A stretch of DNA of 35,452 bases from Stegastes partitus. Taxonomy: Eukaryota. Below, piece by piece: positions 1 through 10,389 of this stretch (positions are counted from its first letter, which is position 1; the number at the start of each line of letters is the position of its first letter). The stretch is from NCBI RefSeq assembly GCF_000690725.1, contig NW_007579125.1, forward strand, positions 84,004 to 119,455, read 5' to 3'. The translations under genes and the position numbers were made by a program. Under the pieces are notes generated by a model. It saw only the letters and a list, made by a program, of their open reading frames with translations. It was not told the DNA's origin and did no database searches.

Positions 1-589
1 AATCATTAAAGAAATATCAGTCGAAAAATAAGCTTAAACAAAAAAAACTAAACATAAGTACTAGTTCAGATCCTCTAAATTCCTCTTGGATGTGGAAAAT
101 AATATATTACAAGAAAAACTTGTAAGATTTCAAGCCCAAATCTAAGCTTAAAATCATAATATTTTATCAAAATCACTTAATTCTACACGTCTCATTTACA
201 ATTTACTGCTTACAGTACGCAGATTCTAAAAATAAAACCCCTAAATATTCTGCACTCCTCAACACAACTGTGAAGACATGAGTGACTCAGCTGCAACCAA
301 CAACTACATGGCAAAAATTCTGAGACTTTTCAGGTGAACTGGGCTGAACTTCAGGCTGTGTTTACAAAGAGCAGACAGAAAACAAGCAGAGAAACACATT
401 TAAAATATAGTTGTTGGTGGTAAAATATCTGTATAGTTTTATTTCTAGGATCAGTAACAACCACTGGCACTTGAAATAAAGTTGCACATGCTAATTCCAT
501 TTTTTCCCCCAATTGTTGCAAAGTCAATTGTCAAAGAAATTTCAACTTTCATTTTTTTTCATGATTTCGGGCATTTCACCGTATAATAC

Positions 590-700
590 TGCAGAGATGA
601 CAAGTCTGAGCTCTCTCTACTTTAAACCAACATTGTGGTGTTTCTACAGAGGACTTTATATTGCAGTGAAAAATGAGCCTCGTGAACACTTAGAAACATG
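590..700. repeat. Copy A of a local repeat family ('gagctctctctactt...tggt.gt.tctccacagagg...actttat..ttg...aaaaatgagcc')
   Basis: Similar sequence recurs at 1118-1300 and 1330-1500. Shared motif blocks were read directly from the sequence. Confidence 0.5.
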
Positions 701-758
701 TTGATTTTAGTTTTTTTTGAGGGAAGCAAAACATTTCTACTGGATAACATGTTCATAC

Positions 759-879
759 CTGTCCCGTCTCTGTGTGGATGAAATGCAGCGTGCCCTGTCC
801 GGTACCGACCACCATCAGCTGCTCATCCAAGTTCACAACCAAGCACGTCGGCTCAGAGGCGAAAGTCGACACCAGCTCA
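759..879 (-). CDS. tep1: tep1 exon (start of WD40 region): (S)ELVSTFASEPTCLVVNLDEQLMVVGTGQGTLHFIHTETGQ
   Basis: Acceptor 'tgtttcacttcag', donor 'CAG|gtatga'. The phase joins the upstream exon (AG+T). Resembles the first WD blade of TEP1 ('AVGTANGTVYLLDLRTWQ'). Confidence 0.65.
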
Positions 880-1117
880 CTGAAGTGAAACACACACAAC
901 ACTATCAACGCACAGATTCAAGCATCAAAACTGAAGCAAAAAAATATATATACAATTAATTTTCTATGACACAACTATTGGATTTAGGGAAAACTACAAC
1001 CACAGTATAGTTGACTTTATTTTCTGCTGCTTCATATTCCCACTCAGCAGAGAGAAATGTTGACTTTGTTTTTTTTCTGTTTATGATTTATCGCATTATA
1101 ACTGCACAAAAGACATA

Positions 1118-1300
1118 TTTGCGTTCTCTCTACTTCTAGCAACGGTTGTGCTCCACAAGGTTCAACTCATTTGCAAGGAGGGAAGTTCTGCTGATGGTGT
1201 CTGAGAAATGTGTGTCCTTTGGTGCTGATGGGCATCCAGAAGTCTTTTCTTCCTAACTTTCTGAACTTCAAAACCTGTCAGCATGTTTGAAAGGGGTGGG
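1118..1300. repeat. Copy B of the local repeat family
   Basis: Shares 'ttctctctacttc.ag....ggttgt.ctccaca.gg' and flanking T-runs with copies A and C. Confidence 0.45.
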
Positions 1301-1329
1301 TTTTTTTTATTTTATTGTTTACAAAATCT

Positions 1330-1500
1330 CAAAAATTATTCTATTTCCGAGCTCTCTCTACTTCCAGTCATGGTTGTCCTGTCTCCACAGAGGTGCAGGA
1401 CTTTATGTTGTTTTAAAAATTGAGCCCACAGTGACTAAAAGTGTGACAAAGAATACCCAGAACCCGCTTGGAGTTTCAAAGGTTACATAAAAGATCTCAG
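1330..1500. repeat. Copy C of the local repeat family
   Basis: 'gagctctctctacttccagtcatggttgtcctgtctccacagaggtgcaggactttatgttg...aaaattgagcc' is very similar to 590-700. Confidence 0.5.
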
Positions 1501-1551
1501 TAATTCAGTAATTTATTAACTGTAAAACCACCTAAAGGATGACTTCTTTAC

Positions 1552-1762
1552 CTGCTCTCTTCATCAGTTCTATTATACTTGTTCAGACACTCCACTACCC
1601 GGGCTCCTCCTTTCCCCACCAGCTCTCGAGCCCAGCCGTGAGCAGTCGTGCTTGGATGCTCGCTGTAGGCCTGCTGGATGAAAAGGGCCGGCCAGGAGGA
1701 GAACGTGGAGGCGTGACGGCGCAAGAAACCTCGACAGTCTTCCAAGTGAGCCTGGAAGCCAG
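1552..1762 (-). CDS. tep1: tep1 exon: (A)GFQAHLEDCRGFLRRHASTFSSWPALFIQQAYSEHPSTTAHGWARELVGKGGARVVECLNKYNRTDEESR
   Basis: Acceptor 'cccctcag', donor 'AG|gtaaag'. Aligns to the human TEP1 region 'FLRQQASILSQYPRLLPQQAANQPL...RWLNKPRT'. Confidence 0.7.
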
Positions 1763-1985
1763 CTGAGGGGACAAAGAGACGCTGGAGTGAGGAACAAAAC
1801 TGAAAAGCACTTGTGGGGAAAGTATTTCTTTAAGCACTTACACAAGGCTGCGGAGGTGTTCTCCTTATCTGCAGGAAAAAGCAAAATGTCACAGGATAAA
1901 AAGATTAGCATTTTGCTTCAATCGAGACAGTTTTTAATTCATACAGTTCACGGAAGTGTGACGGTGTTACTCATCACTCACTCAC

Positions 1986-2100
1986 CATAGAAGCTGTACG
2001 TCTCCAGGAGGTGGTGCAGGAAGCCGTGACTCACGTTGGCATAAAGGAAATAGTAGCTGGAGAGCAGAGAATGGAGAGCCTCCAGTTGTCCACTTTGAAT
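1986..2100 (-). CDS. tep1: tep1 exon: IQSGQLEALHSLLSSYYFLYANVSHGFLHHLLETYSFY(G)
   Basis: Acceptor 'ctttggttag', donor 'G|gtgagt'. Matches TEP1 'LQSGNRGLLSKFLTNLHVVAAHLELGLVSRLLEAH'. Confidence 0.65.
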
Positions 2101-2775
2101 CTAACCAAAGGGCAAACAAAGGCAGTCAGGAGTGAAAATATTCAGTATCATGATGTATGAAACTGTTTTGTACAAGTTGACTGTCCAGAATATTTGATTT
2201 AATTGCAAAATTTTTTGTAAAGGCTTGTGTGTGGGACAAAAAAACCAAAACTAAGATAACAAATTCATGTTGATTAAAGAGGAAACATTCTGCTAATGTC
2301 TTATTTAAATCACATTCTAACAAGAATCTGAATCATATTATTGATCCAGGAGGGGAAACTGCTTACTTTACAGTTGCTCTCATTCAAATCTTAGGAACGT
2401 AAAGCTGTAGAAAAACTGCTTTACATAAGCTGAAAAATATGTCCAAAAAATATAAACACAAGTACAAAAGTATATAAATAAAATATAAAATTGTGCATCA
2501 TGTTTAAAAAAAATATATAAGTATACAGTGTAATAAATACAAATGGAGTTATGATTGCTTTATCGCACTACAAAGGGAAACACTGGACATAAATAAAGGT
2601 AAGTGTGCAGAATATCTGACACGTTCTCCCTTTATTTATTGATTTATCAGCCTTAGAAGTAACTACATACATGGTGTATGTCTGCTGGACTGCCAAAAAT
2701 GTGTATGATTGTTTATTTACTGGTGAGGAAGCACTATCGTTAGTGTTGTGCAGCGTTACTGAAATGATTTCTAAC

Positions 2776-2865
2776 CAGGCTGGCAGGCAGGTGCATGACA
2801 GAGTCGGCCTCACAGTGGAGGAAGGTGTCTTGGCCCTGAGGATCAGCCAGCGTCCACAGAAGAGC
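2776..2865 (-). CDS. tep1: tep1 exon: (A)LLWTLADPQGQDTFLHCEADSVMHLPASL
   Basis: Acceptor 'tttttctttgcccag'. The donor 'CTG|gttaga' is weak. Matches TEP1 'QLWKTCDADASGTFRSCPPEALGDLPYHL'. Confidence 0.55.
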
Positions 2866-2950
2866 TGGGCAAAGAAAAATCTGTTTAAATACACAGAAGC
2901 TCAAACTTGGCGTATCAACAACAAACTGTGTGTCGTTTACCTGCCAGTAC

Positions 2951-3074
2951 GAGGTGAGCTCTGGTTCTGTCTCTCGCTGTTGGGAGGAGAAACTCCTCAA
3001 AGCCTCGCTTCACCTCCGGATTGGTTAAAACCAGCAAGTCGTCGGTGTCATGGCAACGAGACGAACCAATCAGA
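2951..3074 (-). CDS. tep1: tep1 exon: (S)LIGSSRCHDTDDLLVLTNPEVKRGFEEFLLPTARDRTRAHLVLA(G)
   Basis: Acceptor 'tctcctgcag', donor 'G|gtaaac'. Matches TEP1 'SLLGEGPLERPGARLCLPDGPLRTAAKRCYGKRPGLEDTAHILIAAQ'. Confidence 0.7.
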
Positions 3075-4125
3075 CTGCAGGAGACGATTCAAATGGATTT
3101 AAATCTTCACTCAGATCTCAGTATATTACATCAAAAAGACTTAGTCAAAAATGCGTTTATTATGCCTCTAAAATAAATTCAAAAAAATGAACCATCATTA
3201 TCCAAAAAAATAGGCTGTGATTAAGAAAACAACAACAAAAAAAGACAAAGGCCAATTAACTATTATTTAAGTGAAAAATGACAATTAAAGCCATTGAACA
3301 AAGGGAAACCTACATACATACATACACCTAGATAAAAAATGTCAGAGGGGTTTTTCTACCTCAAATGATCAGGGGCCTTCTGTTCAACCATCTCTGATTT
3401 GCTTCAAACTTTTTCTTTTTCTTTTTAAACCAAAACCGAGGATATTTACAAGATATTTTGCACAATGAAATTTGACTCTATATTTTCACTGTTAATTCTC
3501 ATCATAAGTAGATCAAATGTTCTCTGATTATGGATGAGTTGAAACTAAAAAAAAAAGTGAAGCTGTCAGGAAAAGTCCCATCTTTCAGCTCACGTTAACA
3601 AAAAAAAAAAGAATCCAGAAGCGAGTGATATTTTCTGAACCATATGTAGTTACAATGATACAAAACGTATAGAATACATTTTAATGTGGAATATTTGATG
3701 ACAAAAATGAAAAGTAAGTTATTTTTCTTGAACTCTCGTAAGTGATTGAGCAGATATGACAAATTGCACAACAAAAAGGTATAGCCAGATAGTCTAATGC
3801 AAGCAGAACGAGTTCTCAAGTTTGAAAATGGTTCTCCAAATATAACTAAAAAAAAAACGTTTTTTTTTTTTTGTTGTTTTTTTTTTAATATGGGCTCCAG
3901 AGATATAGTCATACAAACATAACTTCAAATTTCAGTGCCTGAAAAAACATAGAAGTTGATCGATGGGCAGTTTTTAAAAAAGAATTTTATCTTGTAAAGT
4001 ATTTGATATATCATGCTAACATATAACAGAGATACAGTTTAACAAAAAGCCGTCTCCCAACGATGACATTCCAGCATTCGAACCTCTAGGACTTAAAATG
4101 CTTCTTACTCATGTGGGACTCATAC

Positions 4126-4285
4126 CTTTGCAAAGTCTGCACGATACGGGTGAACGTTGCCATTGGAATGCGTCCGTTGGGCTTTCTGGACAGGTTCAGC
4201 ACCTCCTCCCATGTGTTCTGTCCGTTCAGTGAGGACAGCTCATTGCACGTGTTCAGCACAGAGTAGAAATCTTTCTCCTTCAGGC
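4126..4285 (-). CDS. tep1: tep1 exon: (G)LKEKDFYSVLNTCNELSSLNGQNTWEEVLNLSRKPNGRIPMATFTRIVQTLQ
   Basis: Acceptor 'cgtgttcacag', donor 'AAAG|gtatga' at phase 2. The join to the next exon gives 'IVQTLQSLIGSS', against TEP1 'LVQSLRSLLGEG'. Confidence 0.7.
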
Positions 4286-5065
4286 CTGTGAACACGGAGG
4301 AGAAAATGTTGAGGCGAGCAGCAATCAAACTTCTGAGTCTCAATCTGCTGGGTTGGATCAGAGTGGATCCAAATAGACCTCAGCATGTAAGTTACCATCT
4401 TCTTTCTGCTACAGTAGCTGGTGGAAATAGGACTTTAAGTTCTTTATATTGTTTATAGAATGTTAATTATTATATTAATTTGAATTTATAACTGGTGTAA
4501 GTGATTTTTTAAGTTTGTAATTATTGGTAGAGCTTTGTTAGGTTTGTAATCTGATCTAATTACTTGGTAGCAAATTGTGGATCAGGTCTAATTATCTTTG
4601 GGTCTTGATGGGTCTGTTTTGACTGTGCTCCCTTGGATTGGAGCTCCTTGTTTTTTAATATTTTTTTTTAAATAAAAAAGGGGTCAGGTTGCCTTTCCAC
4701 TGCTCTGCCTTTAATCTGTACATAAAACTCATTTCACATACATTCTCTTTGTCAGAGTGCATCAAAGTTCTACCAACTTGTCCACAGCTGAGGTCAGTAT
4801 CCCTCGTTCTGTAATCATGTGTGACTATTATTAAACTAAGATGATTAGTTTGCTTTTGTTTGTTGTGCTATCGATAGTTTCCATAGAAGCGCAGCAGCAA
4901 AAAAACACCCAGAAACTGCTTAATGTTCAGAAGGTTAGATGTCAGTATCTCTTTAATATTTGGGCACTTATGATATTCTTCTTCCACACCACAACATGCA
5001 CAGCTGATCAAATCTACATCTCCAAAAACTAACAAATATTGCAAAAACCTATGTGAAAGTCTTAC

Positions 5066-5201
5066 CGGTGGTGCTGACAGCGAGTGCTGAGAGAGCCCAG
5101 CGGAGTCCCAGCATGCCTCTGTACTGCGAGCAAAGTCTCTCCAGGCTGAACTGAACCAACTGACTGAGCGACTGAGGCAAGTCCTGCAGGTTCTCCTTCA
5201 A
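5066..5201 (-). CDS. tep1: tep1 exon: LKENLQDLPQSLSQLVQFSLERLCSQYRGMLGLRWALSALAVSTT(G)
   Basis: Acceptor 'ttgtgtctcag', donor 'G|gtaaga'. Matches TEP1 'LRTLPATVPLLLQHILSTLEKEHG'. Confidence 0.7.
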
Positions 5202-5906
5202 CTGAGACACAAAGACAAAGGATCAGGATCAGGGTCAGCTTTAAGTGCGTCAACACATAAAAGGAATTTGACTTCATTTTTTTGGCTCCTAAAAGAACTT
5301 ACACAAAATAAAACATGCATTTAAAGAAGGGCAAACGGTTACAGGAGGAAAATGAGTGTTTATCTACTATGTACAACTACAGATATGTGTAAGAGTAGGT
5401 GAGGCTTGATGCAAAATGTAAGTGACCCAGAATTTAGTGCAGGTATTACAAATACATACAGAGTTATTGAAACCTTCTATACATGAGGTAGGTGGACGAT
5501 AGCAATGGAACAGAGAGCAGCATTTATGGGATGAAACATCAACAAGAAGTGCAATCAAAGCAGTGATTGCACAAACCTGCAGTGATTGCAGGATGCAATC
5601 GGTATAAGCTGCTTAAATTTCAATAATTAGTAGGGCAATCTAATGCCTGAAGAAATGGCTTGGTGATTTTTTTGTAATTAATTAAATTCACATCAATATT
5701 TACTGTGTGCACAGACACAATAAATAGCAACTCCTAATGGTGATCTACGACACTAGCTTGTTATTTCTAGATTGCACCTGTTATGTTATCAGCTTCTTTT
5801 CTGGAGTGACACCTGATATGAAGCTTTCCTGTAAGTATCACACAGCCAACACCAGAACAATAACCAGTAAAGCTGATGTGGATGTGATTAAAAAGCGAGC
5901 TCAGAC

Positions 5907-5999
5907 CTTGTCAAAGGAGGCAAAGTTCCTGAGGTCTTCACAGGCCAGATGCAGGTAGAGAGGACTCACTGCTCCCTTCTTCATTGTGAGTATCTGGAG
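5907..5999 (-). CDS. tep1: tep1 exon: LQILTMKKGAVSPLYLHLACEDLRNFASFDK
   Basis: Acceptor 'gcttgtccag', donor 'AAG|gtctga'. Matches TEP1 'RLLLVKRESGRPLYLRLVTDHLRLFTLYEQ'. Confidence 0.75.
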
Positions 6000-6081
6000 C
6001 TGGACAAGCACACACAGCACAGTTTGAGCATAAAAACACAAAAATGAGAATATCAAATGAACAAAAAGTCTTGAGAAGAAC

Positions 6082-6261
6082 CTGGTTGTTGAATGCAGCA
6101 TCACTGAGTTTCTTCCCGAAGGCGTCCAGCTCCTTCTGAACTATCTCCCTTCGGTCCAGCAGGGTGAGTTGTCCCAGTGTAAACAGGACAGTTCCCGTTT
6201 TCTTGGCCAGTGTTTGTAACAGCGCTGCTTTGGGTGCAATGCTCATCACCAAACACACTCC
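6082..6261 (-). CDS. tep1: tep1 exon (NACHT-associated helical region): GVCLVMSIAPKAALLQTLAKKTGTVLFTLGQLTLLDRREIVQKELDAFGKKLSDAAFNNQ
   Basis: Acceptor 'ttttttccgtcag', donor 'CAG|gttctt'. Matches TEP1 'RCVHLVLSVSSDAGLGETL...ELALYGKRLEESPFNNQ'. Confidence 0.8.
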
Positions 6262-6556
6262 CTGACGGAAAAAAAAGGGCAATCTGAGTTTTATGTAGCT
6301 AAAAATCAAACACAAGGTTGTTAACACCAATCCTATAAATAAGAGACATTTTTGCATCCAAACCAGTTTCAGTTTTCGTAGCTCGATCAAAAAAGCATTT
6401 CTTTGTGCAAGAAATATGAAAAGGTTCAGGCCCATCCTTGTAAACTTGAAAAGACTGACATTTCAGCAGTGACAAGGCTGCAGCTTTTCCATTTCCTTTT
6501 TTTTTTTTGGTGTATACAATGCAGCACCTCCTCAGTTTTCTGCACACGTGACTGAC

Positions 6557-6698
6557 CTGAGGAAGCTGCTGAGGGATCCAGTCAGAGCTCAGCTGTCCTC
6601 GGCCATCTTGGACGAGATCGACCCCATCGATGAGCAGCACCAGAGGCTTGTCCGTCTTCACATCGCTCAATGTGGAGTGAAATTCTGACAGCAAATCT
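6557..6698 (-). CDS. tep1: tep1 exon with the NACHT Walker B: (K)DLLSEFHSTLSDVKTDKPLVLLIDGVDLVQDGRGQLSSDWIPQQLPQ
   Basis: 'LVLLIDGVDLV' is an hhhhD(G/A)xD Walker B. Matches TEP1 'TQVLIIDGADRLVDQNGQLISDWIPKKLP'. Acceptor 'tctcttatctcag', donor 'CAG|gtcagt'. Confidence 0.8.
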
Positions 6699-6782
6699 CT
6701 GAGATAAGAGAGAATAATTCATCAAACAAACAGCTGGAAGCCATTCGTCATGCACAGATGAAATGATGGTGAAGTCTCTGAC

Positions 6783-6970
6783 TTGTATGAATGGGGAAGA
6801 GGTGGTTCCGTCTCTGAATCTTTCATCTTTCTCAGCCACCGAATGAGGCATCGGAGAAGGTTTTCCGCGGAGCGTGCTGATTGGCTGGCAGCCGTAGAGT
6901 AGGAAATGACATCGCAGACGAAGTTTTTCTTAGAATTAACTCCAGTCCTGAGGGCGTCTGCCAGAGCAGC
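6783..6970 (-). CDS. tep1: tep1 exon (NACHT): AALADALRTGVNSKKNFVCDVISYSTAASQSARSAENLLRCLIRWLRKMKDSETEPPLPHSY(K)
   Basis: Acceptor 'tctctccacacag'. The donor 'AA|gtcaga' is an atypical GTCAGA, but the phase joins the next exon. Matches TEP1 'AFLASLVSALQAPDGAKVAPLVFFHFSGARPDQGLALTLLRRLCTYLRGQLKEPGALPSTYR'. Confidence 0.65.
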
Positions 6971-7861
6971 CTGTGTGGAGAGAAGCAAATATGTGCAGTT
7001 ACTTCTGAACTCAAGGCAACTTCTGGGCATTTTTTTTTTGCTTCTATCTCTGCAAATAAAGTCCTGCATCTCTTTGGAAAGAGCGCAACTATGAATAAAA
7101 GTACGAAGAACTCAAAAATATGTTATGTGTGGTATAATAAAATATAAACAGAAATTGAATTGACTTGACATGTACAACATTTTTCCAAGGTGCTACCAAT
7201 ACTGGAAAAATCTTGTCTTAGCATTAAAAAGTTATTTAACTAATTAAAGTTTGATATTGTGTCCTTACGTGTCTGCTCTGTGTCAACACTGCCTGCAGTT
7301 CAGTCGATTTTAACCAAAAAGTCCTAGAATTTTTGCCATGTGACTGTTGGTCACTGTTAAGTCACGAACAGCTTCATGGTGGTGCCAGCAAGTGCAGAAT
7401 GTTGTAGTTTTTTTTTTAAAATAATCTGGTAAAGTGCAAACATTTTGTTTTTGTGAATTTCTCAATAAGACATGTAGAATAAAATGATTTCGATTAAACG
7501 TCACAATTTAAAGGAAGGTTTGGTTAGTTTGTCCCACACACCTTTCAAATCTTTGGGGTAAAGTTAGAGAAACTTTGGGTAACTTGACAAATCAAACACA
7601 CTTCATTTCATTCCTATGATTGAATTTCTCTTCTGGGATAAATAAAGTATTTTTCATTTCATTCCTATTTCCCTGGAAGCCCAACTCAGTTAAAATTTAG
7701 TCAACTATTAAATAGCTGTTAGTTAGAAAATTTACTGAAATCCTCCATGTCCAAAGGAAACAGTCAGTTTTGATGCCCTGACAAGCGTTTAGGTGGTGGT
7801 TTTTCCACCCGTCTTTACACGTAAACAGCATGTTCGATAGACTTTAAAATGTTAAATTTAC

Positions 7862-8050
7862 CATGAAGACAGTTTTGCCTTCTCCAGGTCCTCCCTCCAC
7901 CACCATCATCCCTCCCTTGGTCTGGGCTCGCTCCACGATCGCCACAGCACCAGACAGCAGCTTGGACCTGCCGAAGAACTGCCTCTGCAGCGCCCCCTGG
8001 TGAACCTCCTGCTCGGATACCTCCGACGCAACCTCGGCCTCATCGCCCTC
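7862..8050 (-). CDS. tep1: tep1 exon with the NACHT Walker A: EGDEAEVASEVSEQEVHQGALQRQFFGRSKLLSGAVAIVERAQTKGGMMVVEGGPGEGKTVFM
   Basis: P-loop 'GGPGEGKT', against TEP1 'GQSGQGKTAFL'. Acceptor 'ccgtctggcag', donor 'ATG|gtaaat'. Confidence 0.85.
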
Positions 8051-8232
8051 CTGCCAGACGGAGGACAACAACAATGAGGGGTTTGCTTGTAATCTGCTGT
8101 ATCTGTCAGGATATCTATCAGGATATCTGTCAGTCGTGAAGGCTCAGGATTGTTAAAAGAGCAGAGAGTGCTAAAAATGAAGATTACATCGTTGGACTGT
8201 TGTCATTTAGACAAACTGAGCGAGTTACTTAC

Positions 8233-8350
8233 CTCCACAAACAGCTTGACAACAGCCATCCAGAGGTCCTCCAGCACAGCTTTGCCAAAGTCCTCCAGGT
8301 TTTTCAGGTGTGGTTTTCCTTCCACAACGCCTCCCCACTCACAGGAGTAA
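8233..8350 (-). CDS. tep1: tep1 exon: (N)YSCEWGGVVEGKPHLKNLEDFGKAVLEDLWMAVVKLFVE
   Basis: Matches TEP1 '[40 protein letters not shown]'. Acceptor 'gttgttgtag', donor 'GAG|gtaagt'. Confidence 0.8.
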
Positions 8351-8700
8351 CTACAACAACAACATCACCAATCAGGACTGAAAAAAGCACATTACCTTGA
8401 TTTTAACACTATTAAAATAAAAACCATGCAATGAGAAGCATTCCAAAATAAAAGTGAACTATTTCAACCCTCTGAACCCAAAGCAGCTACAATGAGTAGT
8501 TCAAGGACCGTTAGAAAGTAGAAAATCAGACGGTTCTTTCTGTTTTTGCAGTTTGTTACTCTGATAAATTGTGTAATTTTGACGATGCTATTTTAATTTT
8601 TAAATCGATAACGTGCCTTTAAAATCCACTGGTGGTTTTTTGGGACTCAGAGGGTTAAATTCACAGCTTCATTGACAGACAGGTGGCTGAGATGACTCAC

Positions 8701-8819
8701 TTTTCAGTGACCTTCACATCACTTTGCAAGAGTTTTCTCTTCAGAGAGGCCATTTTAGACTCAGCGTCCTTTGACTCAGGAGCAAAATGTGATCTCCAAG
8801 CCACAGGAATTGATCTGGA
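8701..8819 (-). CDS. tep1: tep1 exon: (K)SIPVAWRSHFAPESKDAESKMASLKRKLLQSDVKVTE(N)
   Basis: Acceptor 'ctgttttccag', donor 'AA|gtgagt'. Matches TEP1 '[33 protein letters not shown]'. Confidence 0.7.
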
Positions 8820-8955
8820 AAACAGCAGCAGAAAATGGAAAACAGCGTTATAACAGGAAGTATTACAGCACTGAAGCCAAAGTCATACTTCACAAAAACG
8901 CCTTTAACATATCCTATGACATCAGTTTTACAAACAAATTGAAAAAGCATACTTG

Positions 8956-9074
8956 ACGATGTTCGGATCTCTGAAGTAGCAGAACATTCGCTGGTGCGCC
9001 ACGTTGGGGTAAAGCGCCTCAAACTGACGGATCTCCATCTCTGTGATGGACAGACCTTCTGGAGCCGAAGCCAG
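8956..9074 (-). CDS. tep1: tep1 exon: LASAPEGLSITEMEIRQFEALYPNVAHQRMFCYFRDPNIV(K)
   Basis: Acceptor 'ttctttttgtgcag', donor 'AA|gtatgc'. Matches TEP1 '[36 protein letters not shown]'. Confidence 0.7.
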
Positions 9075-9623
9075 CTGCACAAAAAGAATAAAATCTGTTG
9101 CAGTTCAATGTTTTAAGAGGACAACTTGACGAAAACCCAGATATTTACACCTTATAAAGCAGTCTGGATGTTACCCGTCGTGCTGCACAAAATATACGAC
9201 ACAACAATGGCTCCACTTGCTGCTGACATTCCTGCCTTTAAATAATCAACCATTTCAGTTTCAGGACGGTTTTGATTGAAAAATTATGGGAAAAAAAGCA
9301 ATTATCAAAACAGCTGAAAATTTGTCTTCTGTCACTCAATTTAGGTTAAATTAGATTCTACAAATGTCATATTGTAGCTCCTGTGGGCTACATGTAGAAG
9401 TCAAATTATTTATTGGCCCCTCAAGATTAATTTGACCTTATTATAACATTTTTACACTGTACTTAGACTTACTGATACTCTTTTTTTATTGTCAATGCAA
9501 GCAATCTTTCATTTCTATTGCAAACATCAGCAATTTTGGCAGTTTATTTCTTCGATCAGCATGATTTGCACAGTTATTGCACTCTACTGGATACCTTGTA
9601 TTTCCCCAACAGGATGAATAAAG

Positions 9624-9635
<12 letters not shown>

Positions 9636-9662
<27 letters not shown>

Positions 9663-9667
9663 GTATG

Positions 9668-9725
<58 letters not shown>
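9636..9725. repeat. (CTAT)n / (ATCT)n microsatellite, about 22 units with one 'gtat' interruption
   Basis: The direct tetranucleotide repeat is visible in the sequence. It is preceded by the tail motif 'caggatgaataaagtat' shared with 7636 and 15238. Confidence 0.95.
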
Positions 9726-9986
9726 AAGGTTGCATTACTAGATCATCATCATAGATCATTGCAAGTCAGACAGTGTACAGGAGCCTGTTTCTTACCTGAT
9801 GGATGTGCTCATTCCTCCTATATGCACCTACCTCATGTAAAAAATGTACACACAGTCCCTTTGAGTTTAAACCCCAGCTTAAATAAAACCAGATTTCTTC
9901 ATTTACACATTTAAAGTAACTCTGGATGCTTCTACACTGCTATGCTAACAAATGGTCTGATTCTGTCTCACTGCAGTAAATCTTAC

Positions 9987-10278
9987 CCAGCTGTACTGCG
10001 GCAGGTCCGGAAGGTCGGGTTTGGGGGGCGCCGTGCCGTACCTCTCCCCCAGGATCCCCACCAGCATCTGGCTGCGACAAACCTCCGACAGGCACAGCTG
10101 GGCGGCTCGCTCCGACTCCTCCTCCGTCACGCCCCAGCGCAGCTCCACCTCCTGCAGGTGGATCCGGTGTTGTGCAGCGCGCCGGCGGAGCTCCGGGAAG
10201 ACGCTCCGCACCAGGACGTCGCGCTCGGAGTGCATGTCCCTGAAGGTGGACGAGATGAAGACTCGCACGCCCCGCCAC
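9987..10278 (-). CDS. tep1: tep1 DUF4062 exon: (R)[97 protein letters not shown]
   Basis: Nearly collinear with TEP1 '[51 protein letters not shown]...[26 protein letters not shown]'. Acceptor 'tcctcag', donor 'TGG|gtaaga'. This is a GC- and CpG-rich exon. Confidence 0.9.
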
Positions 10279-10389
10279 CTGAGGACGGAGCAGTGACGTG
10301 ATGAGCAAAAAACATCCTGAATAATAGACCTTCAACTGCTTAACACCCAAACAGAGGGGTCAAGTTAGAAAACTGCTCAGAACTTTACC

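Noticed and set aside
1140-1260. A minus-strand open frame 'EEKTSGCPSAPKDTHFSDTISRTSLLANELNLVEHNRC' loosely resembles the TEP1 WD40 segment 'EEKSVVSGCDGISACLFLSDDTLFLTAFDGLLELWDLQHGC'.
   Set aside because: It lies upstream (higher coordinates) of the exon at 759-879, which encodes the preceding residues, so its position in the transcript is wrong. It has no usable donor and it coincides with copy B of a local repeat family.
6299-6694. A 131-aa minus ORF extends well beyond the Walker B exon.
   Set aside because: It reads through the donor 'CAG|gtcagt' at 6557 into intron. Only 6557-6698 is supported by TEP1 similarity and splice phase.
7862-10278. Assigning the NACHT+DUF4062 gene to the NWD1/NWD2 family.
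   Set aside because: Upstream in-phase exons encode a TROVE/vWA module, and the DUF4062 and flanking segments are collinear with TEP1 ('IFKIPPPPGKTG...[17 protein letters not shown]'), not with the NWD N-termini.
9940-10350. Long ORFs on the plus strand and in other frames (9942-10301 +, 10021-10296 +, 9940-10350 -, 10127-10315 -) overlap the DUF4062 exon.
   Set aside because: These are stop-codon-poor artefacts of a GC-rich exon. Only the minus-strand frame giving '[12 protein letters not shown]...GILGERYG' has homology and splice continuity.
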